64,000 nucleotides of DNA, from IMG/VR virus record IMGVR_UViG_3300021400_000138, positions 121,391 to 185,390 of that record. One strand, 5' to 3'. Within the stretch, counting starts at the first letter, position 1. Each line of letters starts with the position of its first letter. A program made the position numbers and the translations under genes. The notes beneath the pieces were generated by a model that saw only the letters and a list, made by a program, of their open reading frames with translations, ran no database searches and was not told the DNA's origin. Of the stretch, positions 1-13,200 are shown piece by piece. The stretch is from a virus. Lineage: Duplodnaviria; Caudoviricetes.

Positions 1-313
1 CCTTCTCTGCGGAATAAGCCGTTACTGTTTTGTACTCCTCGTTACCATCGTATTGTTGAGTAGGAGCCTATATTTGAAAATAACCTATTTCATCAATAAA
101 CAAATACATATAGGCTTTAAGATCTTCATAACCAGCAGATACAACTTGCTAACCATCGACAACAATAAAACGATCTACGTCAAACGATAATTCTGAATAA
201 TCCTTTACTTGTTTATGCAGCTCAACTGTTTCTGTACGAACACCATTTAATGCATACAAAACTTGCCTATCTGGGGTGCATAAATAAATAATCTTTACAT
301 CTTGAATCATCAT
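1..313 (-). CDS. Tail tip / baseplate hub (Tal-like) protein, 5' part only (runs off the window); TAG=Gln
   Basis: ATG at 313 overlaps the upstream TGA. The frame (MMIQDVKIIYLCTPDRQVLYALNGV...SELSFDVDR...KTVTAYSAEK) stays open to base 1 with two in-frame TAG. It follows the distal tail gene. Confidence 0.6.
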
Positions 314-1170
314 ATCAACCAACCACCAACCTTTTTATATGGGGCATAATATGAGATTTCTAATGCAACATCTCCTTCGAGAACTAATGTATTATTCCCC
401 GGTAATAATCTAAGCCAATAAATATCACCGACATCTCCCCATCCAAGATCTTTATATTTTACTATATCCAAATCAACCTAATGATTAATTCCTTGCATAT
501 ATTCCCTAACCATACATCTCTGACAATCAATTACAAAAGTAACAAGAGATCTACTGGTAGTTACTTGCATAAATTTATTATCATCGGTTACATTTGTTAA
601 TTTAAATGATGATGTTGAGCTGCGAATTTTTCCCGTTACTTTAAACTCCGGATAAACATATTCCTCATACTCATTTGTTTTACAATTAATTACAAAACGC
701 GTAGTAGAAGAGTAACCACTTGCATCTACATTGCTATAATTGTATTTCTCATATACATATGCATATGATCCATTCACTTGAAAAGTAAATGTACACAATA
801 TAAAACCGTTTACTCCAACAGTCCATTCCGTTGTTATAAACTTTCCAAAATATGAATAAGAATCCCCAGTACAATCAGTTATTTTTAATTCGGATGAAAA
901 TCGTGGTGATGTTAGCCACGATTCAACTATAACCTGTTCCTATACAGTAAAATCAGTATCATCAGATTTCATTAAACTATATGTGAACTGTAAATGCTCT
1001 TTCTAAACTCCATATTCATTGATTATTGGCTTCGATGCCGTAATCTCTCCGCCTAGATTCGTTCTTGTAATACCTGGAACCGTATCAACAACAGTTCCGG
1101 AAACAATTAATAATGGAACACCAATAATATTTTCTGTTGACTTATCATAATATTCAAATTTTGCCGTCAT
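310..1170 (-). CDS. Distal tail (Dit-like) protein, 286 aa; TAG=Gln
   Basis: RBS AGGAGG, ATG at 1170, TGA at 310-312, three in-frame TAG. Dit-like motifs VESWLTSP and WLRLLPGNNTL. Lies directly after the tape measure gene. Confidence 0.75.
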
Positions 1171-1201
1171 ATTATCCCTCCTTTCTATAATTTTTAAAAT
1201 A

Positions 1202-1219
1202 GGGAGGCCGAAGCCTCCC
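1202..1219 (-). terminator. Hairpin / probable intrinsic terminator after the tape measure gene
   Basis: GGGAGGC-TTCG-GCCTCCC followed by TATTTT on the minus strand. Confidence 0.55.
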
Positions 1220-1224
1220 CATAA

Positions 1225-4200
1225 TTATCTTGCTCTGCCAGATTTTCGTAAATCTTTTGCCTGCTCTGAATTCACATAATTTACAATATTATTTAAAAAC
1301 TTTCTGTTCTTTGCAAGATCTGATGCAACTTGTTGAATCTTATCAAGAGTAGATTCATCTACGTTTCCATTGACTGTTATTAAGCTGCTAATGTTTACGT
1401 TATTTGTTGCAGTATTATTTGCAATATTCTTTATAACTTCTGCTTGTTCTTGGTACTTCTTAAGTAATTCACTATTTGCATTCATTATGTAATCACGTTC
1501 ATCGTTACTGGAGAATAAATCCGCATTTGATTCTATTGGTTTTAATGTACCAAATGATGTTTCTAAATAACCTTTAGAGTCTTCGTATTTTTGTATCTCT
1601 GAACGGATATTATCCATTTGCTCTTTCGCTTGTTCGATATATTTATTAAGACTATCCTATATGTTATTATTATTTTCTGTATTTTCAATCTTAGCCTATT
1701 TTATCTGATCAACTATTTCTTCAATCTGATTATTTGCATTCTCATAAGAATTAACAATTCTATCAGTGTTTGCATCTATATTTGCCGGGATTTGTCTAAT
1801 TGGAACAACTAATGATTCTATTTGGTTCTCTGTTGTTTTAAATCCATTATCAACCACGGAAACAATGTCTAGAACATGTTTTTCTATTTCTCCATCTTTC
1901 ATTGCCATTCCAAGATTCATAAGTCCTTTTGTAATATCGGTTGGAATAACTCCTTCGCCACCAGAAAATGGCATAAATGTTCCTCTTCCTGTTGTTATAA
2001 TCTCAGGGCCTTTTTCCCAAATTTGAGCAATACCAGGAGCGGCGGAAAGAGTACCTTTTGCATATCTTCTGTATGATATACCAGAAAGACCGCCTTTTGA
2101 TTTCCAATAATCATACGAATAATTCATTTGCTTTTTGATTGAAGAGGTATCAATTTTAGACTTATTCGCATTCCAATTTGAAATTACATTTTTTTGAGTG
2201 CCGTTTGCTCCACCCTATGCTGTAAGCTTCTTTCTATTAACAACAGCGTCCGCAGCTTCTTGTGCAGTGTTGAATCCTAAAACACTTCTGAAATTCTTTA
2301 ATGCCATATCAGTTATAAGGTCTAATATATTTTGAAGTGATGTACCATCTTTAGTCCACCCTTTTACATTTACTTCTTGTCTTTCACTAGATGTTTTGGA
2401 AGCAGTAGTAATTATTCCAGATCTGCCTCCCGAACTACCTGAACCACTTGATCCGCCTGAACCAAAACCACTTCCACTAAATAAACCGCCTCCTGAACCA
2501 GGTCCACCAGTACTAACGACACGAACAGTATTCGCAGCGGAATTAATAATATTCGCGCTATTTGAAGTCGGCTTAATATAAGAAGTGGAAGCCAAATGAC
2601 TTTCAGATTGTTGCTGAACAGCTACATCTTTTGCTTGAATTGCCTAGATAACCCTATCAATATTCGTGGATATTGCACTTGCTGTACGTTCTGGAATACC
2701 ATTTGTTATTTCTGAAAATCCATCTTTTATTGCCGTCATTGCGTTTGCGCCGTTTTCAAGAGTTGCCTTATTTGCGGTATAATCCCTGATTGCACTTGCA
2801 ACTTTCTCTGTTTCTTGTTGGACGGCTCCAGTAATTGTTCCAATTTTTTCAGCTTCTGAAGCAGAAAGATTATCATAATAATGAACCATTTTTTCCGCAG
2901 CTGCCTCAAGTTGATCTTTATTCGGAATAGCTGTGGTATTTTCATGCTGAAGACTCTCAACGCCAACTAATGCCGAATTTAATGTGGGTGAGAACGTTTT
3001 AAGCCATGTATCGATTCCAGCATTTGTTGCGGTTAAATATTTCTCCAGTCCAGTTGACAAATCATTTATTGTTCCAACAACACTGTCTGTATTAATCTTT
3101 AAATCTTTTATAATGTTTTCGTAATTCTCATTTAAGTCATCACTAAGTTCACTAAGACCTTCAATCCGCATATCATATACATGTTGTTTTACAGTTTCAT
3201 CAAGATCATCTTGAGATTCAGAAAGTCGAGCTTCAAGACGAGCTTTCTGGGCTTTTGATTCTGCATCTGTACATTTATCTTTACATAGTTCGCTACACTA
3301 TGCCGTACTTTTGTACGCTCATGCTTTCACATGAGATGAGACTATATCACCTATGCATTAAATACATAGTCTACCATTTTGAATTACCAAACGCTTGCAA
3401 TCCTACGAAGCTACACTCATCGCTTCTAGTCGTTGAACTTTATCCTATTCGGATCTTAGCTGCTGGTTGCCCAATATTTATTATTTTCAAACTTTCGCAC
3501 CTGTACATATTTCATTACTATGCTGTAGTTAATAAATCTCTAAGGGTTTTCCAGACAATTAGATAAAACGCCCTACATTTAAGGCCTTCCAGTGCGCGAA
3601 TCTATTGCTGTATTAACTGTATATCTTTTGTTTTCGTTTTAAGTTGCCTGTCATAATCATACATCTCTTTTTGTTTCTGAAGTGCTTCTTGCCTTGCTTT
3701 TATTAATTCTTGAATATAACTAATTTCTTGTTTATACCTAGATGTATAAATAGAAATAATCTTCATTCTATAGCTATTTGCATCTTGTAATTCTTTTCTC
3801 GTAGAATCAGTAATTTCTTCTCTCTTCTTAAGATATTCTTCTGCCGAATATGAAGAATCATTTCTCCACCTTTCTTCATTAATTCTATATTCTTCTTGAT
3901 ACTTATTAAGTGCCTATAATGAACGTGTATATCCACTCATTGCGGCTTCTGCTGTGGCGAGACCGAACTGTGTATATTCTCCATCATCTGTAAAATACAT
4001 ATCTTCCGAGAACATGCCAACCAGCTCGTCCAAACTATCACGAAGTTTATTTACCTTGGCTATATATTCTTCGATTGGCTTAAAGTATAATACTTCACGA
4101 GATTCATCTCTTAATTTGTCAATTGTAATAATAGTATCATTCATTTTGTTTTGTAATTCATAAAGTTCATTTTGTGCCGTTCTATATTCTTCAGAATCTT

Positions 4201-7200
4201 CTCCGAGAGAAACACCAATTTCCGCCAATAACTATGATTGAACCTCCATGGACTTCTTCATATTATTATATGATTGATCAATATTATCAATCTGTGCCTA
4301 ATAATTTTGGGAGAGGGTAGTAGTATCAGTTATAAGATTTCCATTTGCATCCATGCTACGACCAAGTTCATCAATAGTTTCACGAACTTTTTGATATGTA
4401 TCCGCAAGCTTTTCATTATTTTCATATAATGATCTGTAATAATCGCCAGCATTTGAAAATTCTTTTGGATAAAGCGTTGCCATTGATTGAGCAAGTTCTC
4501 CTATTTTTTGCTTATTATTTTCTGTTTCTTTATCTAATAAATCTGTTACAGTTTTAAGTTCGCCAGCTTTTGTTTCTAGATTTTCAATATATGCATTCCA
4601 CTGGTTAATATAACTATATACCCATCCATTTAAATTTCCAGGTAATGTAGAAGTATCAATTTTTGTTCTATTTCTAACGGCATCAATGCCAGCCTTTTGA
4701 AGAGCAGGATTATTCTAAATATTTGTTATTGCTCCCATATATTTTCCAGCATAAGCGTCAACCTTCTTCACATAAGAATCATAACCCTTTTGTGCTTTTT
4801 CCATTTCCGCATTTAATTTAATTATAGTTTCATTTGAAACCTTTGTTTCTTCTTTTATTTTTTCAAGTTCGGTCTCAAGATATCTATTTGCTCCAACATA
4901 TGTTTCACTCGCATTATAATAATTAGAATTCTGTATAGCCTCGCTTAAATCTTTAGATAAATTTTTACTCTTTGCGCTACCAAATGTTCTACTAGAAACA
5001 TTATAATTAGATTGCGCAGAAGCAGCCGCTAACTATGCGTATATAGATTGTTGCCCACGAGTACCAATATTGTTTCCTATTTGAGTAACGGATTGATACT
5101 TCTTTGCAATCTGATTAAGCTTTTCTTCTGCCTGTTTAACGGGAATATTTGCGAACTCTTCATTAAGATCATGAACTTTTGATCGAGCGGAAACATACTC
5201 ATTTTCTACGTTGATTATTTGAGTCATTGCTTTGCGATATTCTTCTGAACCATAACTGATTCTTCCTTGCGTCATATTAACTTCAAGTTCTTCTCTTAAT
5301 CTTACGGCTTCTATTCTCAACTTATCTGCTTGTTGTTTATATCTGTTCATTTCCTTAGAATAGCTTTGTGCAATCTATGTGCCGTCCTCAAGATAAGAGC
5401 CTGTTTTTATAATATAATCACGAGTTGTTGCCAAACTATTGGCTAAAGTTGCTTGCCAATCAGAAAGAGATTTATAATAATTATCAATATTATCCATTTT
5501 ATCAAATACTGATTGAACTAAAGATTGCGCATATTCCGCAGCAGATTGGTTAGCTTTTTCAAATTGCTCATTCATTTTTTCTTGGGCTTCTGTTACTGCG
5601 CTTGACAATGCATTTGCTTCAGCCAAACACTGATTATAATAAGCAATTTTATCTGCGTACATACCAAATTGAGAAGCATCAAGGAAATCTCCATTTTGTA
5701 AAGCATCAAATACATAACTTGGGAGCATTAATCCATTAAATGAATTTTTCGCTCCATTTAATCTGCTGTTAGCCGTTCTGGATTGACTCTTTAAATCATT
5801 GTAATTAATTTTGGACTGTTGATATGCAGCATTATTCTCATTTACTTGTGAACTCAAATTAAGTAGACTCTTTTCAATTTGATAATTAATTGACTCATAT
5901 GTTTTTCCGTAAGATTTGATTAATTTCTTTGCTTGACTGCCACCAAATATCCCGGACAATACTTCATTAAGTTTATTAATTCCAGATTGTCCAGTCATAG
6001 TAGATATAAAAGAATTAATACTTTGCATCGAGTTCTAGAGTTTACTAATAGCCTTTTCAAGATCTTCAAATGGAAGATTAATCATATCACTGTAAAGACT
6101 ACGAAGCTGATTTGATAAAGTCTAAATTTGATTAGAAGCATTTATAGCATTATCTGTTAATTGCATATACTGTTGGGCGGCTTCATATAAGGCTTTGCCA
6201 TGATCGGTAGATGTATCAATCTGGTCAATTCTAAAAGCTCCATTTCTAAGATCTTCCAAATTTATTTCATTAGCAAGACTAACCGAATACTCTAATTGAG
6301 TTGATTGTACAACTTTTAATTGATGTTGAAGATCATTAACCTAATTTTGTAACCATCTGTAATAATCGTTATCTCGATCACTTCCCATAGCGTTCATAGC
6401 GTTCTGATAGTCCGCTAATGCATACTACAAGTTCTTTTCAGCGTTTTTGTCAGTGGCGTAATATTTGTGATCAAATGCCTCTTTTATTGCCTCCTGTGTA
6501 TACGTTGTAGCCGCTTTTGAATTAGCCCATAATTCCTAACTAATAGCATTGATTTCACTTCCTATGAGTTGTTTCTTGGTTGCGGTATCAACATATTGTG
6601 TAATTTTGTCCGCAATTTTCTTTGTTTGATTAGAGAAGTATTGAAGTCTTCGCTATACAAGATCAATACTCTGGAACGAATATTGAATCTGATCAACTAA
6701 ATCATCAAATGCATTTCCTACATTATCGGCGGCATCTCCAACATCACGGGCTGCATCTCCAGCATCCCTTGCTGAATCATTATAATCATTAAGATCATCA
6801 ACACCGTCCGCTAATTTCTGGAAGAAATCATGAGTTCCTTCAGGTAGAATATTAAAAAATCCAGAAGCAGATGCCGTTGCAAATGAACGCATTCCTTCAT
6901 GCATTGTCCCGCTTGCAAATGCCGATTGACCACCTACAATTTTTCCAACTCCGTGGGCCGCACTATGCTTTATAAGATCCTCTGTTTGCTTTGCATTCAG
7001 AATAATTTCACCACGTTTAAGGTGTTCTACGTGCATTCCGGGAGGAAGTAATTCCCATGTGCCATCCCGTGTAATTCTGCTTTCCTGGCCGATTTCATTT
7101 ACGAGCGCATCTTCGTCTTGCTTTAATGCCACATCACCTCTTGCATGAGCTGGAAGCGAGAAAGTACCAGCTGCATGATGTGCGAATTTATCAGCAAGAA

Positions 7201-10200
7201 CCGGATTGTTCTACATATTTGCAGCAAATGTATCATAATTAGTTTGTATATTTGCTTGAATTTGTGCTTGAATAATATTAGATTCAATTCTCTCTTTTAA
7301 TTTATTATATGCGTCTTCTGCCTAATCGGTCTCACCTTCAACTTCAACAGTTGGATGTTCCATTTCAATTGCATCTTTAAGATTTTGAATATCAACACTT
7401 CCTTGTCCATCTTCAGCATGAACAACAAATCCTATTTCTTCCCCATCATGTTCTTCTATACGTTCTAATAGTTCAGTAACATTATCCTCGCCCTCAAAGT
7501 ATATTTTAAGATCTCCTTCATTTTGAATCATATCAACTATTTGTTTTAATTCTTCTGTATCTTCTGAAGAAATTTGTAAGCTTCTGTCCCAATTTAATTC
7601 AACAAAACTATCGAATAGCCCCTTTAACTAATCTATAAAATCCAAATTAGAATATTCTTCCGTATGATCTTCCTAGAAATATGGATTGCCATTATACACT
7701 TCTCTATCATATTGCTTCGGTTCCGGTGCATTTCTTAATTCTGATGCAACATATTCTACTGCCATATTAAACGCTTCTTTTGCAACACGCTCAGAAACAC
7801 TAGCTATTATTGTTTCTATCATAGATGGATCTGTCTGTGTCTATTCCTCTTCGTAGTAGTCATGCTCGACATAATCACCATAATAATCAATATCTTTTTC
7901 TCTGTTACGTTCATCTATCTTTTGCATTAATTCATTAATAAAACCTAATATTGTTGTGTCTTTAGAAGCTTTATCTTCTTCGGCAACTTCAACCTGTACT
8001 TTTGGTTCACCTTTGGCAAGATTTTCTAAAAATGCCTTTGCAAGTAACGCTCCACCAACAACCAGACCGGATTGTATCGCTTCGCCTATTTCTTCTTTTG
8101 TCCAAGTTATTGAGCTACCCTCTGCGAAAGACGGAAGAGTAGATTTGCCGCCAACAATTTTTGCATTAGTTGAAGATTTACCAGTTTGTCTTAATTGTTC
8201 CATCTAACGGCTATTTAAAATTACATCACCCTTTTTGAGATGTTCTATGTGCATACCTCCTGGAATCTCATATAATAAACCATTTCGAATTATCCCCTCA
8301 TGGCCAGGAAGTTCATTTACTAAAGCATCTTCATCATGAGCTAAATGTCCATCTTTTATATTGCTCCCACGGGCATAAGCACCTAAAGTACCAACCGCAT
8401 GATTTGCAAATTTTTCTGCAACGTTTGGATGTGCCTGGGTAGCTAAATATTGATTAAATCCTTCATAATTAGCTTGGAATCTTATATTAATAGCATTGGC
8501 TTCCAAACGCTGTTTAACATCGTTATATGCTTGTTCAACCGAATCCATGGTGCCCACTATATTAGCATTTATTTCTGTATCATTTAAATATTTTTGTAAG
8601 TCTTCAATTCTTCCATCAAATATGCCCATATCATCGTGAATAACAAATCCTATTTCTTCGCCTTCGTGCTCTTTAATAAAATCAATAAGACCATTAGTAT
8701 CATCTTTTCCTTCAAAATAGAATTTTATATCACCATCACCTAATTGCTATGCTTTATTAATTATATCAAGTAATGCTTCTGTATCGCTTCCGGTTACTTC
8801 AAGTGTCGCCTTTGCTGCCCCAGATTGGCTTAATCTATCCCAAAAACTCATATCTGCTTTTTTCTCTTCTATGGTCTAATAAGATTCGCCTTCTTTTTGT
8901 TTCCTTTCTTCTTCCCATTGTGCCTTTATTACTTCAAATTCTTCAGATTGACGGTGTAAATTTTCCATCCCTTTATCAAATGCTTCAGCAGCACCCATTA
9001 TAATATCCGCGCCTACTTCAGCCATACCCTTATATACTACTTGTTCTATTGGAGAATAATCAGCTAATGGGTCTGGTTTTTCTGGTTCCGGTTCTGGTTC
9101 CTTACGTTCAGTGCCGAGCAAACTATCTATCACATACTGTCCTGCACTTTCTGCTATCATTTTAGGAAGAACATTGATCGCTGCATCTTTAACTCCTTCT
9201 TTAATATCGCTAATCATACCAGGAAGCGCATCTTCTAAAGTCATACCACCATATTCATTAAGGTGCGAGAGTATAGTTTCCACTAATTCATTTGTTTTAT
9301 TGATTGCTCCAACCTCTTCTGAATTATCTACAGCTATTTCTGTTTTGTTGTTATTAGAATCCATAATGGCCTTAATTACTGCATCAGCAATTTTACCCCA
9401 GGTAAGATCAGAAGAACTGCTTCCCTCAGCAAATGATGGAAGAGTAGCTTTGCCACCAATAATTCTTGCATTTCCAGATGCTCTGCCAGATTGCTTTAGC
9501 TGCTCCATCTAACGAGTATTTAAAATTACATCACCTTTTTTAAGATGCTCAACATGCATTCCTCCTGGAATTTCACGAAGTTGACCGTTGCGGATTATTC
9601 CCTCATGACCTGGTAATTCGTTAACTAAAGCATCTTCATCTTTTGTAAGCTTTCCATTTTTAACATCCGTTCCTTTTGCATAAGCGTTTAATGTGCCATG
9701 GGCTTTATAATAAACAATGCTATTTTTAAGACTATTATCATAAGCAGCTTGCGCTTGACTTGGTAATTGATGACTTGGCATTGGGCCGATAGGTTCTTCA
9801 TAAATTTGCATTTGCACTGGCTATGTCAATGGATTAAGATTCATATTATTTTGCTGTATCTGCAAAGTATTATTAAACGGATCCATATTTGCATCAACTG
9901 CTTGTAACGCTGCTGGATTAGCTTCTATCTGTTGCACTCCATCTTGTACTGTTGCATTAAGTGGATCAATATTTCCACCGACTTTTACTTTCGGGAATTT
10001 GCTAGGAACAGTTTCTTCACAAAATGTATTTAACACATCAACTGCATCCTGGTCATTTGCGCTAAGTATAAATTCTATTTCTTCACCATTATTGTCTTTA
10101 ATATAATTTATTGCTTCTTCCACAGTAGTAGCGATGCCATTAATTATAATGTCTATATTACTGTTTTGGCTAATTTCTGTAATAGCAGAAGATAATTGCT

Positions 10201-13200
10201 CTACATCGTCTCCAGAAATAGTAACATTAAATACAGAACCATCACTTGCTTTTTGTTGAATAGTATCCTGCTTATTTTCTAATGCGTTTAATCTCTCCAT
10301 TCCTTCATCCGTATCAATATTAACTTCCGTTTCTTCTTCTGCATTTTCCTGCGTCTCATCAAGTGAACTATTTAATGTACTAAGATTTGCCTCTGCTTCA
10401 TCTGTATTTGCTCCTTTAAAACTGCCATCTTCTGCAACGTTATTTTGTGTTTCGTCAACTGTTGTGTTCAACGAATCGAGTTGACTTCCATCGGCAGTAA
10501 CAACAAATTCATGTTTACCATTAATCAAGGCAATAGTTTTATTTGTTTTTGCTACGGCATCCGTAAATGATTCGCCTTCTTTTCCAGTAATAGTAATACT
10601 AATTACGTCACCATTTCTATATTCATATGCCTCATCGACCACATCTTCTACGCCATCATTTGTAGCTGTAATTTTGATTTCAACGCCATTTTTGTCGGCA
10701 TATTCTTGTAGATTTGTTAGCATACCGGATATGTTCTAATTGCTAATTTCTTCATTTACTTTGAAAGCAACTTCAATCTCTTTTACTTCTGACTGTTGAA
10801 TATCATCAACAACTCTCGGGTCAGATCTATAGGTTTCGAGTGCTCTACTAACCTTTTCTTCGCTCATTCCCATATTTTGTAGTTTCTCTTGTATTTTAGA
10901 AAGAGATATTTTATCAGCGGCATTGTCTATTGCTTCTTGCGTACTATTTGTAAATGCATCTTTATCTACACCAACCTTAAGACTAATATTATTAAGAGAT
11001 TCAAGTAATTCATTCACTTGTTCCTGGTCAAGTTTTACAGTCATTGAATAATCACTAGAAGAAAGCTCAGAAATTTGACTCTTCAAATCTTCGAGCTTCT
11101 GTTCGTCCGCATATACATTAAGGTCGAGATCGAATTCTTTCGCAAGTGTTTCATCATCTCCCTCGGCAATTAATTTTTGCCAAAACTCAACACGTTCACC
11201 CTGATTGCTTACTGGCTCTAGCCTTGTTCTAATAACATATTCAGCATCAAAGTTATTCGCAGTAAGACCGAATTTATCAAACGAATCAATAATTGCTGTA
11301 CCAAGTTCCATTGCCTATTTTTTACTATATCCAAGACGATCACCAATTGCTATAATAGCAGCCTGCGCATCTTTTGCGTCTTGTGATACATCTGGAAGTA
11401 AAGAGTAATCTTTTGTCATATCAATCGTCTTAAGGAATTCCGCACTATAAGCACGAAGACTATTTAATAGTTGTTCGTCTTCTTCGTCCATATGTTCATA
11501 AACATCACTAACTCTATGTAATACTTCGGCAAAGTCATCTGCTTTTTGAAGTGCTGATTTACCAAGACCGTCGTCTTGAATATTTGTATACATTCCTAAA
11601 AGCAATCCTTTTGTATCCCTTCCTCCAGCAAGTAATTGATTAGCATATTCTTCTAATGCTTCATAAGAAAGGACTTCGCCGTTTGGAAGAATTGGTGTAA
11701 GAGCAACGGCAGCCTATCCATCTTCACTAGGGAATGTATGACTATATAAGGTTACCAGATCATCTACATTGCTATCATCAATTTGAACAGCATATCCAGC
11801 ACTCGCCATATCTTCTAAGCTTAACTTTGGTCTATTTCTTAAGTCGAGCATTCTCTGTGCTGTAGCTTCTTCCATCTTGCCGAGTGTATCTTCATAAGAA
11901 GCCTGAACAAGAGAGAATGTACCATCTGCATTTTCAGTAATTTCCATACCGAGTCTATCAGCCATCTTTTTGGCTTCATCATAGAAGTATGTCACGATTT
12001 TTGGATCAAACATATTTTGATTTGCATAAGCAAGAAGATCATTAATGCCAGCAATATCGGCGTTATAAGATTCTTCTGTAATTAACGGTTCATTCGCATA
12101 TTGCTGCGCCATTTCATCAAGATTTCGATACCTCTCAATTAATTTATCAATATCTTCTTGACGCTCTTGCATTGTTATATCTGAAACACCTTTAACTTCA
12201 CCATCTGCTCGTTTTACAATTTTTTGTGCAAGCTCTTGAACAGTTTCTATTTGTTGGGCCGTTGCATCAACTTCATTTAATACAGAAACAACTTCAAAAC
12301 CATAATCCTTTAATGCCTCAAGAAAAGTTTGTATAATTTCTTCATCTGGTGCGGCTTGTGGTCCTCCCCATAATGTTCCGAGAGCCTGACTGATTTCTTC
12401 CAGATCGGTTGTTTTGAAAGTAAATACTCCAGCATTATCTTCAGCAATTCCTAAATCAGTAAGATCTTCCATGAAATTTAATAATCCCATACCATCAGGT
12501 CTAAAATATTCTGTAAGCCACGGATAAATATCTTCAAATGCTCTAGCAGTATTGCGATCTTCTTGAGTTAACATCTCAATAGCCGTCTTAAAATCGTCCG
12601 TACCGATAAGACCAGCATCCCTCATCTTTTCAAGATTCGCCAATTCATTCTATATGGTATCATATTTTGATCTTCCATTAGGTGTTTGCAACGCCGCTTG
12701 CCACTTCGTGAATCCTGACATAGATTCTTCGATTGCATTTTGCGCTTTAGCATATGCCTGTACCTCAAGACCAATTGCTTTTATTTCGGAACGAATATTT
12801 TGCAGATTCTGTTTAGCTGCATTACGTTTCGTCGTACCATCAATATCTACCTGTTTAGATAATGTTTTATATATGTTCTGTTGTGTTCTTAATTGAGCAT
12901 TAAGTTTAGACATCTGGGCAAGAATCCCCGTAGAAGATATCTTTCTTTGAAGATTAATATATCTTTCAAGTTCGCGGAAGTTTACCTTGATTCCTTGAGC
13001 AGATCTATAGAACATGCTAGAAAGATCAATATTAGAAGATATTTCTTTTAATTCACTAAAAGAGGAGATTAGAGCATCCATTGAATCTTGATCAATACTA
13101 TCTGTCAATGATTGATTAATTACAGCGTTTACACCCTCAAGAAGGCCCTCTGCCTGAAGTGAATAATGATGTGCTATTGATTTATCATAATCCTCAACCG

